64,000 nt of DNA, taken from contig OZ024742.1 of NCBI GenBank assembly GCA_964016885.1, positions 133,114,001-133,178,000 of the forward strand. Reading direction: 5' to 3'. Every line of letters begins with the position of its first letter. The stretch's first letter is position 1. The notes beneath the pieces are model-generated. The model made no database searches, was not told the DNA's origin, and saw nothing but the letters and a program-made list of their open reading frames with translations. The DNA comes from Eledone cirrhosa. Taxonomy: Eukaryota. A program made the position numbers and the translations under genes. This document shows positions 26,991 to 41,859 of this stretch, in pieces.

Positions 26991-27495
26991 TTCGGTAAGC
27001 GAATATATATATGCGGAATATATATATGCGGAAATGCATCCAATAGGCCGGCATATGCGGTATATTGTTAATACTAATTTAGCCCTAGAAAATATATATA
27101 ATGCCACGAAAAGAGCCATTTAAAATTTGTGAATGATATTTACGATTCCGCGAATATGCGGTGGCTTCCACGACAAATTATAAGTCAGGTTCCAAGGAAA
27201 ATCCCGCGTATAAACTGAGTCGCGAATGCTGGAAATACACTGTACCTATATAAATATTCCAGAGACGACGTGACAAATTGACAACAGGCTCCACGATCGT
27301 CTCCGAGTCAAAAACAAAAACACACTTTTTTTTATTTTCTGTATGTCTTTCTTCTGTTCCCTAATGCCTCTTGGAATGTGTATACTTTTGTAAACAACTA
27401 TTATGCAGTGTACACCTGAAGATGTCACCGGGTTCATATGCAGCTTGGCCACTGAAATGGCCTCCTGTCATTTTACTTTAATATATATATATATA

Positions 27496-27560
<65 letters not shown>

Positions 27561-27565
<5 letters not shown>

Positions 27566-27751
27566 AAACTAGTCAAGTCCCCGTCAGCTGAGCTCCGGCC
27601 CCCCTTTCGTCAGCTATTTCTGAAATAGCTGTCGAAACGGCCGGAGCTCAGCCGTCAGTGTCCTGACTCTTTTCATATTACCCACTCTACTACCTACCGT
27701 ATCGAGTACTCTAGTGCGTTATAGTCCACTTGGTTACTTACCACACTTCCT

Positions 27752-27757
<6 letters not shown>
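27561..27757 (+). mobile_element. Family A-related fold-back element (diverged subfamily)
   Basis: Imperfect palindrome about 27561-27678 centred on cagctatttc-t-gaaatagctg. Tail tacccactctactac..atcgagtactctagtgcgttatagtccacttggtt. (TA)n flanks. Confidence 0.8.
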
Positions 27758-27809
<52 letters not shown>

Positions 27810-28235
27810 GTGACTGTTTTTTTAGTGCGTATTTGTGTATCTGTGTGTATATAATGGATTCGTACATGAAAGTATCTACGTTAGTTTTATTCATAATAAG
27901 TAAAGATAAGTCTCACTGAGGATTATGTAAAATGTTATCCTGTTACAGGAACATCACTCGTCATGCTATGTTGCTCATATATATAGTGCGTGGAACATCT
28001 GCATGAGTTCCTCATTTCCATATAATGTTGTGGTGATGGGCAGCTAATGATAAAAACCAGCAGTAATATAATGGGATTCATGATCAAAATATAGACGTAT
28101 ATAAGCAATACGTTTCAGTATCGAGTAAGTACACTTCAATGGCAAATTACCTGAATCTAATATCTGGCGAGGTAGAGGTAGTATATTAGTTAGACACTAT
28201 GCGATATATTTGTGTTTATTATACCTAACCGTTAA

Positions 28236-28442
28236 GGGCGGTGGATTGCCAGTATTGGTAGAGCGTCGGAAATTATGGTTTGTGGTATAGAGTTATGGCC
28301 CTTTACGCTGTGATTTCAAATTCCGCCGAGTTTAGCTTGGCCTTAAATCCAAAATAAACGACCAGTAATGCACTGGGGTCGATTTAATCGACGTTTCCCT
28401 CACCTAAAATTGTTGTCCCTGTGACTAAATCAGAAACCATTA
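28236..28442 (+). mobile_element. Older SINE copy
   Basis: gggcggtggattgccagtattggtagagcgtcgga..tttcaaattccgccgag..accagtaatgcactgggg..agaaaccattat. Confidence 0.75.
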
Positions 28443-28545
28443 TGCGTAAGCATTTTTGATGTGCGTTCATATACACCTCTGTCAAGAATCACGCTATGCA
28501 TGCAATTCCTACTGCTACACACACCTAGACATACACACACTCGCG

Positions 28546-28575
<30 letters not shown>

Positions 28576-28577
<2 letters not shown>

Positions 28578-29441
28578 AATATAATTTCGTTTCTGAATTT
28601 GTTTAGCAAGATTCTTTATCTGAAAACGTGTGTTGAAACAGATATTGTTATACTTTAGGAGGGTCATGTTGCCAATAAGAAACACACGCACCAGTTGCTT
28701 TCACTTCAATTTATTATAATAAATTTATAAATTTCTGGTTGGTTGGTTGGTTCCACAACCAGATAGTTGTTTATATATTGTCAAAGTTCTTTCGTCACAC
28801 ATTCTGTGACCGCTTCAGTGACTGGGAATTCTTTTCTTTGTTTTTGTGCTTCTCCTTTGTTCTGTCCTACGCGATTTTGTTTCTGTGTGTTTGTTGTGTG
28901 CTCAGTCTGCGCATGCGCCACATCCGGGTGTCTGTGTGTGTTTATATTCGTTTATTTATTTGTTTATTTACATGTTACCGGTTGGTTGTTTGTTCTATGT
29001 GCGTGTGTGTTTTCATTTTGTCCTTAATTGTAAGTTGTGATGTTGCTGTTCCACTCATATTTTCGATTTAATTTTGGTTGTAATTCTTTTATGTTTATTG
29101 CCTCTGTGATTTGTCTAAACATTGCGTCTTTTCTGTGTGTAGATTCTACACACAGAAAAGACGCAATGTAGATTCTACACACAGAAACAAAATGGCGTAG
29201 GACAGAACAAAGGAGAGGCACAAAAACAAAGAAAATAATCCCCAGTCACTGAAGAGGTCACAGAATGTGTGACGAAAGAACTTTGACAATATATAAACAA
29301 CTATCTGGTTGTGGAACCAACCAACCAACCAGAAATTTATAAATTCCTAAATTTATAAATTTACTATAATAAATTGAAGTGAAAGCAACTGGTGCGTGTG
29401 TTTCTTATTGGCAACATAACCCTCACAAAGTATAACAATAT
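28576..29441 (-). mobile_element. Family E: 5'-truncated PLE (GIY-YIG C-terminus + 3' pLTR + tail) with inverted pLTR
   Basis: Minus-strand RQITEAINIKELQPKLNRKYEW (29024-29135) is a typical GIY-YIG C-terminal E..I...P.LN motif. Arms 28642-28890 vs 29178-29441, tail 28576-28641. Confidence 0.85.
29245..29288 (+). ncRNA. Minimal hammerhead ribozyme-like motif (family E)
   Basis: guca-CUGAAGA-g-gucac-agaaugu-gugac-GAAA-gaacuu-ugac, with stem I guca/ugac and stem II gucac/gugac. Mirror copy at 28779-28822 on the minus strand. Confidence 0.65.
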
Positions 29442-30430
29442 AAATATAATAATAAATGTGAAGACTAAAATCCAAATATATAAGAACCATAGAGCAGATT
29501 TTTTTTAGTTTCAGGAGATCCCGTTAAGGGTGAAAGCAGCTATTCTTTGCTTAAACATTAATCTGTTATTGTAATAAATAAATATATATTCCAAGGTAAA
29601 TCGTGTTATTATTTTTACACTCTTTCCTACGTTCCTCTACACCGTATACGTCTCATTCTAAATTTCCTCTTACATCTCTCTCATTACCACCTGATTCTGT
29701 TACCTACGAATTATAGATTTTAGCTTATATATTATTTGAACTATTTAAGGTATAATGTGACTGAAATAGTTTTATTTTAGTCTATTCTTATATTATTGCT
29801 ATACCCTTTAATTAATTTAATTAATTTATGTAATGCTGTATATTTGAGATGTTTATGAATCTATTTCTAGCTTCTCCTTTAACCTCTGGCTTTTGACATC
29901 AAATCTACTATTTTAAATAGCACGGGTATTGTATTTATAATATTAGCGCGTCTTTTTGTTGTGAGAGAGTTTTGCTGACCAGTCAGTTTTCTTTTAAAAC
30001 CCATAAGGTATGTTTTAAGACTATTGCTTACTGAAGAGAATTGGCGTCTTAATTTATTAGTTATTTATCGTAATTAGTATCTATTTCTTTACCAAAACGA
30101 AACTGCATAATAAGCAAAAATTTGTATATAAAAGTAAATATTCATTTTAAAATATATTTTTTGCTTACAATGCTAACTTTTAGTATACGGTAACTTTTCA
30201 CATCTACCTACAATTTTGGAAAAAAAACTAAATCTTCTCCAATTATTGTCTTCCTCTATATGGTATTTGAGTTATTTAAAGTTTAATATGACTGAACACA
30301 TTTTATTTTATTCTATTCTTATATTACATTATAATATATATATATATATATAACCACGTGTTCTTACATTCAATACATATTATCTCCTGTTATTTTTATT
30401 GCACGTATATATCATTATATATATATTTAT

Positions 30431-30622
30431 AGGGCGGTGGATTGGCAGTATCGGTAGAGAGTCGGACGCCATGCTTTCCAGCATAGTTACGTCCCTTTAC
30501 GATCTGAGTTCAAATCCCGCCGAGGTTGACTTTGCCTTTCATCCATACGGGGTCGATAAAATAAAGTACCGGTAATGCACTGGGGTAATTGCTGGCCTTG
30601 TGCCTAAAATAGAAACAATTAT
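30431..30622 (+). mobile_element. Full-length Meta-domain SINE
   Basis: Family consensus. TSD-like attatatatatatttat on both sides. Confidence 0.9.
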
Positions 30623-31014
30623 ATATATATTTATGTATATATATATGTCGTTCACTAATTTGTAATGATTGAATAATCAGATTTATTCTTTGAGCTTAGT
30701 CTTAGGTGATAAGGCGCATGTTCGAGATGATCTCAAACATATATATATATATATATACATTTTATTAAGGCTACTAAATAGTGAATCTTATTACTCTTTA
30801 GAACGTATCAGAGCTCTAACAAATTGAATATTAAACTCTACACTCAGTCGTCAACCACATAAGTATATATATGTGTCTATATACACACATAGGAACGTGC
30901 ACACACACACACATACAAACACACACACACACACACACACACATACACACACACACACACACGCTCAAACACACACGCACACACATACACAACGACACAC
31001 GCACACACACACAT

Positions 31015-31055
<41 letters not shown>

Positions 31056-31057
<2 letters not shown>

Positions 31058-32027
31058 CTACCCGGATTACACGCGCCTTGCTGCTTTTCACACAATTTTT
31101 TTGTAAGAAAATGATGATTGATTTTAAATCACATATTTAATTTATGGAGAAAAACTCTTCATTTCAATATTACTCAATGTAAAATGTAATGCATCAAATA
31201 TTGGGAAACATTATTTTTTGTAATATATCAAATCAAAATTGCATTATTAAATCTTATTCTTATTTTGTTTCTTGTAAATCATTTTTTTCAAAATATCAAC
31301 TCATAACTTGATCGTTTCATTTTTGTGTAAAGCATTATTATGAATTTAGAAGTTTAATTATTTATTTTTTAACATAATAAATACATGAAAATATATTTCC
31401 TAATGAAGAAATTCAGGGTAAACAACATTTCTTGATTAGCTAAAATGTAGAGATTTTTTGAAGTTCCAGTCCTTGAAACAGCCACATAAAACATGCCATG
31501 ACTGAAACATGGGTTTGTCAGATCTATACCAATAGTTTTGAAAGTTTGACCTTCACTCTTATTGATGCTCATGGCAAACCATGGCCTCACTGGAACCTGC
31601 AGCCTCTTAAATGTAAAAGACTATCACTTGCTATCACTTGCTATAAGGGGAATCCTCGGAATGAGAAGAGCTTGACCTTTGTAGGCCCCGAATATAATGG
31701 TTACTTCAATCGAGTTATCATGCCTCTTGTTACAACACATCTTCCATTTATTTGCCAAAACATTCACTATAGGGTGTTTAGCCCCCAGTAGGATATCTTA
31801 ATATTATTGAAATTTACTGAAATTTTATGAATAGGCATCAAATTTCATATAAATCGAAGGGAAAAGAATTTCAGCGGAGGTTTGTGCCCCGGGGAACTCT
31901 TTAATTGAAATGAAATATATTTATCCAAGTACCCTGGGCAATGTAGTTTCAGAATATATATGGTTATGTGGGTCTATCTCCAAAACCATAGGAGGAGTTC
32001 GTGAATATACAAACAAACAAAAACACA

Positions 32028-32040
<13 letters not shown>
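31056..32040 (-). mobile_element. Internally deleted Helitron with PIF1 helicase C-terminal remnant
   Basis: Minus strand LIPRIPL..FKRLQVPVRPWFAMSINKSEGQTFKTIGIDLTNPCFSHGMFYVAVSR (helicase motifs V/VI, about 31430-31670). Helitron-like 5' end (tatatataaagttgtg..tgtttg..cacgaactcctccta) and GC-rich 3' end finishing GTAG|T. Confidence 0.8.
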
Positions 32041-32078
<38 letters not shown>

Positions 32079-32564
32079 TTATTTATTAAAATAACAGATT
32101 AAAGTTTAAGCAAAGAATCGCTGTATATATATATATATATACATTCATACATACAGAGAGAGAGAGAGAAAGAGGGAGAGAGAAAGTGGAGTAGGAGGAA
32201 AAGGGACATAATGGTCATATGAATATGGCGTGGAGGTGTGATTTGTAACACTATTTATAGACAGGTCTTAGAGACTGAATGTAAAAATAGAATTAACAAT
32301 AAGATGTGGGTTATATAGAAGTAAATGACTAAATGGTCAAATAAATTAATAAATAGGATCAAATAAGACCAGGTAACATATAGTGCTTTACAAATAGGTA
32401 AAGTGGATTATATGGGTTGGTATCCGTTGATAAAGTGCTTGTACTATGTGTATGCAAATTACGTACACAAGGTAAAAACATACATACAGTCTCATGTATG
32501 TCCATATGGGGAGACGAGGTGGGGAAATTGTTTCAGCACCACAGACTTTCTCTCTCTCTCAATT

Positions 32565-32596
<32 letters not shown>

Positions 32597-34394
32597 CATG
32601 TGCGTGTGTGTGTATGTGTGCATGTGTATGTGTGTATGCATGTATGTATATGTGTGTATGTATTAATTTGGCCATCTAAGACGGGATTTGTTGACTCAAT
32701 TTATATCTGTAACATATTTACGAGTATTTTCTATGTGTCTCGATACATACCGGTGATCTCATTGAGACTACTGAGTTTAGGACAATGTCAAGTGGACATA
32801 TTCGTTGATGAACATTTAAGCTTTAAAGCATTTTCGGGCTTTTTTTTTTAAATGTGTTGAATGAGATTTAATAAATGGCATGGTATATTCTTGCTTTTCA
32901 TATTGAAGTGTAATGTCTAATATAACTCAGAATATTACCACAATTTTCGAATTTTGCCGCTAATTAATATAGGTGGAATATCAGTATATTTGTATTTTAT
33001 AATGAAGTTATTTCAAGCGATTTCTCATACTTAATTAAATTATCGTACCGGTTTTTCTACTATTCATTACAGTATTGAATCTAATAGTTTCGATAATAAA
33101 TTGCTGAAGACATTACGTAATCAAACGGTAGCACTTAATAAGATGATGTAAAAATGATATATGCATGCAGCCGATATACTTGCAATCGTTTTCAGTGTAT
33201 TTCTTGATTAATTAATAAACAAACATTGATTATTTTAATGGCATAAATCCATCGAATTAGCCATACTTTAATAGCTATATTATTTATATTTGGACATCAT
33301 ATTCATCTTGCGTTAGATTCTTCGAATTAAAGATTTCTCTGTGAATTATAAGAGCATACATTTCAAGATTCTTCTCCTGATTACTAGATACACACGGCCC
33401 ACAAAATTGCTCATGTATATTGGTCAAAATCCTATGAAGTATTTCATCTTCATCCGTAATTACACTACACTGTTTTTGCGATCTTATTGTTTACTAAACA
33501 ATTATCAAACTGAATTATAAATTCAGTTTTTGATGTTATTAATTTATGTGTATATTATTAATGTTGTACGTTGAAAACAATCATCACAGAATAAAGCCTG
33601 CAATGACAGATATTAATTAAGAATTCATAAGACAAATACAATGATATATACTATCATCTATTAATGGATATTTTTTAATTGATTAATGTGTTTCAGTAAT
33701 CAGGATGTTGTTTTGATGGGTCACTGCCTGAACATCACGTAGTTCATTATATCGAACCTACTTTTTACTCTTTTGAATCTAAAACCTATATATGTAGCAG
33801 TCCCTTATATATATCAGTGGTCCCTACAAAGGTTACATCTACTAAATTCCACTCACATCACTTTCGGCATGTTTTGACAGTAGAAACCCTATCCCAGAGG
33901 GTCGTGAACGTATTCGCATATTGTATGTAATATGTATTGTTAAAAAATGCTGAAGGTTTCGCCTTCCATTACCGAACAACGTTTTAACATATTTTTGTTT
34001 GGATTAGTTTTAAAATTTGACAACATTTGCTTCACTAAGGTAATCAATACATAAAATCCAATCATTTTTAGATTCAAATACACAATTGTTCTCACGTGTT
34101 TTTATTATTAGTGTACGCGAAACAGTGCCATAATGAACTGATTTCGTCATGGGGTAAAACATAAGTTCAGCCTTGATAATTATAGACAATATAGTGCATC
34201 ATTATCTGGAGAGCCAAGTAAATTGTATGTGCGTCCACCAGTGAAGGATGAAAGCTGGAACTATTTGAAATAGGAAAAGGCAAGTGACATAATATAACCC
34301 GGTAGTCACGATTAAAATTCTTAGCATCAGATGATTGCTGATCTGTTGCTAAATAACGATTTTTGATAGAGGTAACAAGGCAAATATTTGAGGT

Positions 34395-34753
34395 GCAGTG
34401 CTTGTACTTCGTTTATCGGCCACATAAGGATGAAAGGTTAAGCTAACCTCGGTGGGATTTCAGATTAGAACACAAAAGGCCGGAACACTATCCAACGAAG
34501 CAATGTGGCCGACACACTACCGATACTGCCAATCTCCTATCTTACAATCAGTTGCGAAATAATTGTTTCTACATTTGGCACAAGGCCAGCAAAATATCCA
34601 GTACATTACTGGTACTTTATTTTATCGACCCCATGAGGATGAAAGGCAAAGTTAACTTCGCTTGGATTTGAACTCAGATTGTAAAGGGGCGTAACTATGC
34701 TGGAAAGCATGATGGCATCCGACACTCTACCTATACTGCCAATCCACCGCCCT
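34395..34753 (-). mobile_element. Two adjacent SINEs (old copy 34395-34540; young full-length copy 34559-34753)
   Basis: Reverse-complement consensus. The young copy has TSD gttgc(g/t)aaataat at 34551-34563 and 34756-34768. Confidence 0.85.
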
Positions 34754-35739
34754 CGGTTGCTAAATAATAACAAATAATAAACACTGCAAATTATGTTTTA
34801 TATGTTATAGCAATTGTATATGCGTTCTTGCAATTTTAGCTCTGTTATAGAAATGTTATACATATTAATGTAAGGCTAACACTAGCAGTTTCTGAAAGTG
34901 TATACTAATAAAAACATTATATTTCTGTGTTTTTCTAATACTCTCTCTACTTCTTTGTCTATTTTCTCATTTTCACGTTGAACATTGAAGGTGTTTGCTT
35001 TCTCTCACAGAAAAAGTGTAACTATAGGAAATTATATCAGATGGCTAGAATTATATAACAATCCCGAATTTGGATTGTGTATAGCTTACATGTCCTGAGT
35101 TAAATGTTTTGTGTATACTCAGGTAATTATTAATGGAATCTTTAATTTGTTGTCACATAATGTGATATATATATACATTCAGTTATAGTAAATACTTCTT
35201 TTCACCATTCCCGATCTACGCCTTTGTACCATATTAAACAAATATGTCACTAAGTAATATTTATAGTTATGTAATAGACGCATACTAGAGTAAAGGTAAG
35301 CGATGTACTATAAATCTAAACAAAAAATCCATTTCCGTTTACGAGAACAATCTATCAATTCTGTTGTTAAATGGCAGATTTCTAATACAGAGTTTGGTGG
35401 GAAATCCTGCAGTTTACAGCAGTAAAATGCAGGCTGATTTAGACATAATTTCGTTCGTTCATTTTTTGTTATTGTTTTTTTTTAATGTAAACTCACACTG
35501 ATTATAATGATACATGATGTCGAATGCATTGAAACATAGTGTTAGAAATATCTTTGTTGAAAGTTGACTCATAGTATTGTTTGTTGGAATCAACATGCTT
35601 ATAATTTATGTTAGGTGCTTATTTTAAAGATGAGGAAGAAGAAAGTTGAATAAGTAAATGAACTTGTTCATATCAAACGACATCAAATTGACGATATGAA
35701 AAACGTAGTTCGACGCCTCACTCTCTGAAAGTAGAACGT

Positions 35740-36170
35740 AATCTGTCGCTCGGTCGTCGTCTTTTTCGCCCATTTATTCCTGAAAGGATCGTGATGGCAG
35801 AATCCTCAAACAGTCCTTTCAGCGGGTCCTGTCAGAAACAACGCTTTCCAATTGATCCGGCTGGATTGCCAAGTGAGACCCACCAAGCTCATGAATGTTA
35901 TCCAGCCATCTACACCTGGGTCTGCTGCCGGTTGGTTTTGCCCATAAAACATGTCCAGTGATTCTTTCCTGAGACATTCTAACTACATTCCATATTATCA
36001 GAGGTGTGGTATCTCAATCCGGAGAGGTAGCAGCTCTACCAGAGGTGATTCTCTGGTCTCCGAGCTACGCACTCTTTCGGGTAAAGTTACTCCATAGACC
36101 CTTTTGTGGTACCCAATTTCGGCCGATTGCATATGCGATGTAATTCTTTATGTCCTTGCCCAAGATGCAA
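35740..36170 (-). pseudogene. RTE-type LINE 3' fragment
   Basis: Minus strand NVVRMSQERITGHVLWAKPTGSRPRCRWLDNIHEL matches the RTE C-terminal GHV.RM..G.R.RGRP..RW.D motif. Confidence 0.7.
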
Positions 36171-36377
36171 ATAACTTGAATCTATATACATGACAATTTG
36201 TGTAGACACAGCTAAAATTCTACCTGTGAGACTACTACAAAATGTTTGGTGTATTTTAGATTACCATGGGAATGACCTTGCTTAAATGTGATATATTTTG
36301 ATGAGGACAAAAGAAGGATTTGGTTATAAAGCATCGATGAAGTTTCTGGAAGGAATTGATCCCAACTAAATATAATA

Positions 36378-36560
36378 GACTGGCAGTATCTGTATAGAGT
36401 CGGACGCCATGCTTTCCAGCATAGTTACGTCCCTTTACGATCTGAGTTCAAATCCCACCGAGGTTGACTTTGCCTTTCATCCTTACGGGGTCGATAAAAT
36501 AAAGTACCAGTAATGTACTGGGTAATTGCTGGCCTTGTGCCTAAAGTAGAAGCAATTATT
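36378..36560 (+). mobile_element. Meta-domain SINE
   Basis: Family consensus from tggcagtatc to agaagcaattatt. Confidence 0.9.
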
Positions 36561-37021
36561 TTAAAAACTGATTCATTGTCGTATATAAGAAAAAGTGTTT
36601 GATTGGATTTATTCTGAAAATGTCACTATGTGGAATGGTAAAGTATATTCCGCCATGAAATTTAATGAGAAACACTAAAGATCTAACTCAATGCCATGGA
36701 GTATTGTGACGTCGTTTTAACAATTTACGCAAAGCATTCATTCATCATGATAATATAAACATGCAATTGATAACTCTAATAGCAACAATAATGTTGACGA
36801 TGTCGGTAGTTTTATTCATGCAGATTCTTCTGTTTCTAATGTTGGCAATGTTGCCACTGATTTTGTCATTGAAGATAATGATTGAATGTATGAAGATATT
36901 GAAAATGATGGTGAAGGTGATGATAATGATGATGGTTATAATGAGGATGATGAGAAGAACGATAAGCAGAACGATTATAAGGAGATGATAATGATGCAGA
37001 TTAATAACATCATAATCTAGA

Positions 37022-37547
37022 AAAACAGTCGTAGTAGCAAGAGCCTCAGGTTGAGAAAAAAGTGCTTGCATGGAAATATATTGCTTAGAGAATCATTATA
37101 CAACCAATGTACTGAAAAACGATGAATATTTACGGCATTTAAATTTTGGGTTTTCATTATGTCAACGTATCTACTAAACCTGACAACCATGACAATAAAC
37201 GATCACCACTATATGGCGTTAAACACATTATCCAATATTCTTTCGATTCTAGCAATACTCCCACCCCTCGTATAATAATAGTTTCATCAGGGTTAAATTT
37301 CGAAAGTAATAGAAGATATTTTGATCCCAATATTTTATATATTCTACTGGCCAAATGGATCGAGAAATAGTAAAACAAATGTAACTATATACAAAATATA
37401 TATTTTCTACGTTCATCGGATTCAGCCTATTCAGCAACATTTTTATACTATTTTCAATAATGATAATCATTTATTTTATAATATATTTATTAAAATACGT
37501 TAATATATATTTCCATGCAAGCACTTTTTTCTCAACTACGACTGTTT
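37022..37547. mobile_element. MITE-like element with imperfect terminal inverted repeats
   Basis: aaaacagtcgtagt..gttgagaaaaaagtgcttgcatggaaatata (37022-37082) vs tatatttccatgcaagcacttttttctcaactacgactgtttt (about 37505-37547). AT-rich non-coding interior. Confidence 0.55.
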
Positions 37548-39915
37548 TGACATACAGCATTTCCTCGCATTCCGATCATACTAAGTAACATTTGTTGTGA
37601 AGCCCACGTTTAAGTAGCACAACGTGCATCATGCAGATATTCAAATATGAATAACTCTTATACAGGCAATTTTATAATCCTTATGGCTTGTAGTTTGGCA
37701 TTATAGATATGTATGCCAACATTGTTTCATTGAATATATTCATCAATAATCAATATATCTTAAAGTCTACGGGCATTCCATCTCCCACATTTATTCAAAT
37801 AACAGAGGATAAAGAAAATGCTGATGGAAATCTCCAAAATATATATTGTCGCATTTCTATTTATATGCAGTAAGAGCACATGAAGAGATTAGTCAAACAG
37901 ATGGAGCATATCATCAGCCCTTTTCACAACTATATACTGTTGTAATCAATTTATTAAAGGTGTGTTGCTAATGCTATTGGAAAAGATATAACTTTCAAAC
38001 AATACGATCACGACCTTGACTTTGAATCTAAGGCTTAACGTTTTGTATGATAAATAATCAGCTCTCTATTTATCACCAATATTGCAGCTAGTCAACATTT
38101 TTTCTAATATTTAGTCTTTGTTTTTATTATATTCCCGCTCGTCAGTAATTCGGTTAATCAGACATTCGAATATTCGTTATATATTCAATTAATTATGTCG
38201 TCACCAAACAACCTATTTAGTTAATTATAAAACCATTAATTCATTTATGCGTCTCTTAGTAATTCTGATCTCTTGTTTTTCGTTTATACGTTCCTCCTTT
38301 CTTTCTATCTTCCATTACATTTTCTTGTTCAAACAAATGCCCATTGTGTTATTCTAACAATTATACCTTTCAATCATTACGTCAACAATTCATTTAGTCA
38401 GTAGTCTATTCAATAAACCACCCATTATATTCAATTATTGAGTTTCTCCTTTACTTATCATCGTATCCCGCCATTAATCTGTTTATTCCATCTTCCAGCA
38501 AGCCTGCTATTCTAATAATCATTGCCTCATATATATTTATTGTTTATAACTTCATCAATGTTTTCTTACATTCTTCGATGAAAATATATCAGTGAAGTGA
38601 TGTAGCACAAATATAGTACTCTCACTCTTCATTATTTTTCTATTTTCCTTTTAATGAAATTTCTGATATTGTGCAATAGTAATATATATTATTACGATGC
38701 TCAATGGCGGTTTGTTTTAGAATCGGGCCAGGAATCATGTCTTTCAATATTTAGTTAAGGTATTTTATACTTCAGCGTTGATAAAATAATATGTCAATCG
38801 ATTCTTTATTCCCCGGCATTTATAGAGCCTGAATTATAGCTTATTGATATTTCCTTTCCAACCATGTAGTACCGAATATATTAGATATCATTCACCAATA
38901 AAGAACAAAAAAAAAATGTCTATGATATTCGATAGTTTGTTGAAATCAGCCAGGCTTTCTTTCAACTGTAGTGGATACTATTCGCGTAGTATTTCTGTCG
39001 ATCTGCTAAACACGAAGCTTCCATGATATTAAACTGATTCAAACATGTGAATTGACCCATCAAATTTATTCTATAATTCTGCTTTTAAAATATTCAAGCC
39101 TACAAAACGCCATCTGCATTTATTCACTCCTGAAATCAGGTATTATTTTATTGGGCATTATGCCTTTGCGACAGCCTTTTGTGTTATGCAAAACTTCTTT
39201 ATATATTCACTGCGTTGTACACCTCGGATATTCGATAAGCAAATATTTATAAGCTGTAGTTTATTTTTGCCTGAGTACCGAGTGAGTAATTGAAATTGAA
39301 GACGGATAAACATGCTAAAACACTAGTATATAAGTTTCTGACACGGCAACGTAAGAGACCAATATTAGATCACAGATTGAGATGACAATATATATGTAAC
39401 TTTACTGTTCAATGTATATGAACAGTTTGTATATGCTCTCATGTACGTAGCCATTATGAGAGAACTGATGTTTGTCGTACTGATAACCAAATGCAAATTT
39501 TCAAGCTTACAATATATGCAAGAGGGCATCTCATTATGTTCGAAGGAACAAGGATTTATGCTAAGAATGTTGTGCTTACGATTATAATGTTGTGGGTTTG
39601 ATTTACTGTCCAAGTTAAGCATTGCCTTCGTGTAACTCACCTGAAAGTCCGAACTAGCAGTATATGGGAGATAATAGGCGGGCCACTTTTTCGGGTGGTA
39701 TTCTGATATTCTCAGATGCTTAACGCCATGGAAACTGAGATAATCATAGTTGGGCTTTTGCATGACTGGTACAATTCATTTGAGGAATTGACACAATGTG
39801 GCTTCTGTAATCAAACCCCTAGCCAACAGTCTAAACGTCCAACCGCTAACAGACCCTACTCTGCATCAATTGACAAATTGCGAATGTAAATATACATGTG
39901 TATATACATGTGTAC

Positions 39916-40018
<103 letters not shown>

Positions 40019-40030
40019 TATATATATATA

Positions 40031-40238
40031 AGCAAAGAAGTCAGTGTTGGTAAAATCCAGTACTTCAGTATGCGGATAGGGAGCACTCAACGAAGAATAG
40101 TGACGAAACATAAGTCAATTGCATGAACTCATAATCCTTTATTTACTGCTATATATATTGAATGGCTATCATGGAAATATATATAGCAGTAAATAAAGGG
40201 TTATGAGTTCATGCAATTGACTTATCTTTCGTCACTAT
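40031..40238 (-). mobile_element. Family F fold-back element plus tail in (TA)n
   Basis: Tail 40031-40096, then palindrome 40097-40238 (atagtgacgaaa..gtcaattgcatgaactcataa / ttatgagttcatgcaattgac..tttcgtcactat). Long (TA)n on both sides. Confidence 0.8.
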
Positions 40239-40247
40239 ATATATATA

Positions 40248-41345
<1,098 letters not shown>

Positions 41346-41494
41346 TAAATTATACTGTACGTCTGTATACATATATGTATGTAGCTATACATAATTATAT
41401 TTATATATACATACATATATTAATATATAGATATACATATATACATACACACAAATACACACACACATAGACACACACACACATATATATTTGT

Positions 41495-41525
<31 letters not shown>

Positions 41526-41859
41526 CGTGCGTGTGTGTGTGTGGGTGTGTGTATGAGCAAGAAATCTGCAGATTTAGGGTTGGGTTTAGGTTTAGATTTA
41601 GTATAATTAATATTTCATATACTTCACGTCTACGCAAGACTTTAGTTCGGGTTAATAAACGTTGATGCATGAATGGATTTGAATATTAATTAAATAATTT
41701 CTTTAAAATTACAATTCCACGAAACACTACTCATATATTTATGGCCAATAATCATCATCAGATCATGACGCAAAACCTAGACGATTTCATCAGGTATTGA
41801 TTGCAGAATTAGTTATATAAGATATTATGAAGTTTTGATTCACGTTGATTGCAAACTCT

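Noticed and set aside
36745-37071. Hydrophobic Ile/Met-rich ORFs (also 48896-49265) as membrane proteins
   Set aside because: They derive from degenerate (ATG/GAT)n repeats.
38900-39800. 132-aa minus-strand ORF (39365-39763) and nearby complex sequence as a host exon
   Set aside because: No recognisable domain or splice support. Probably an old decayed transposon, but I cannot assign it.
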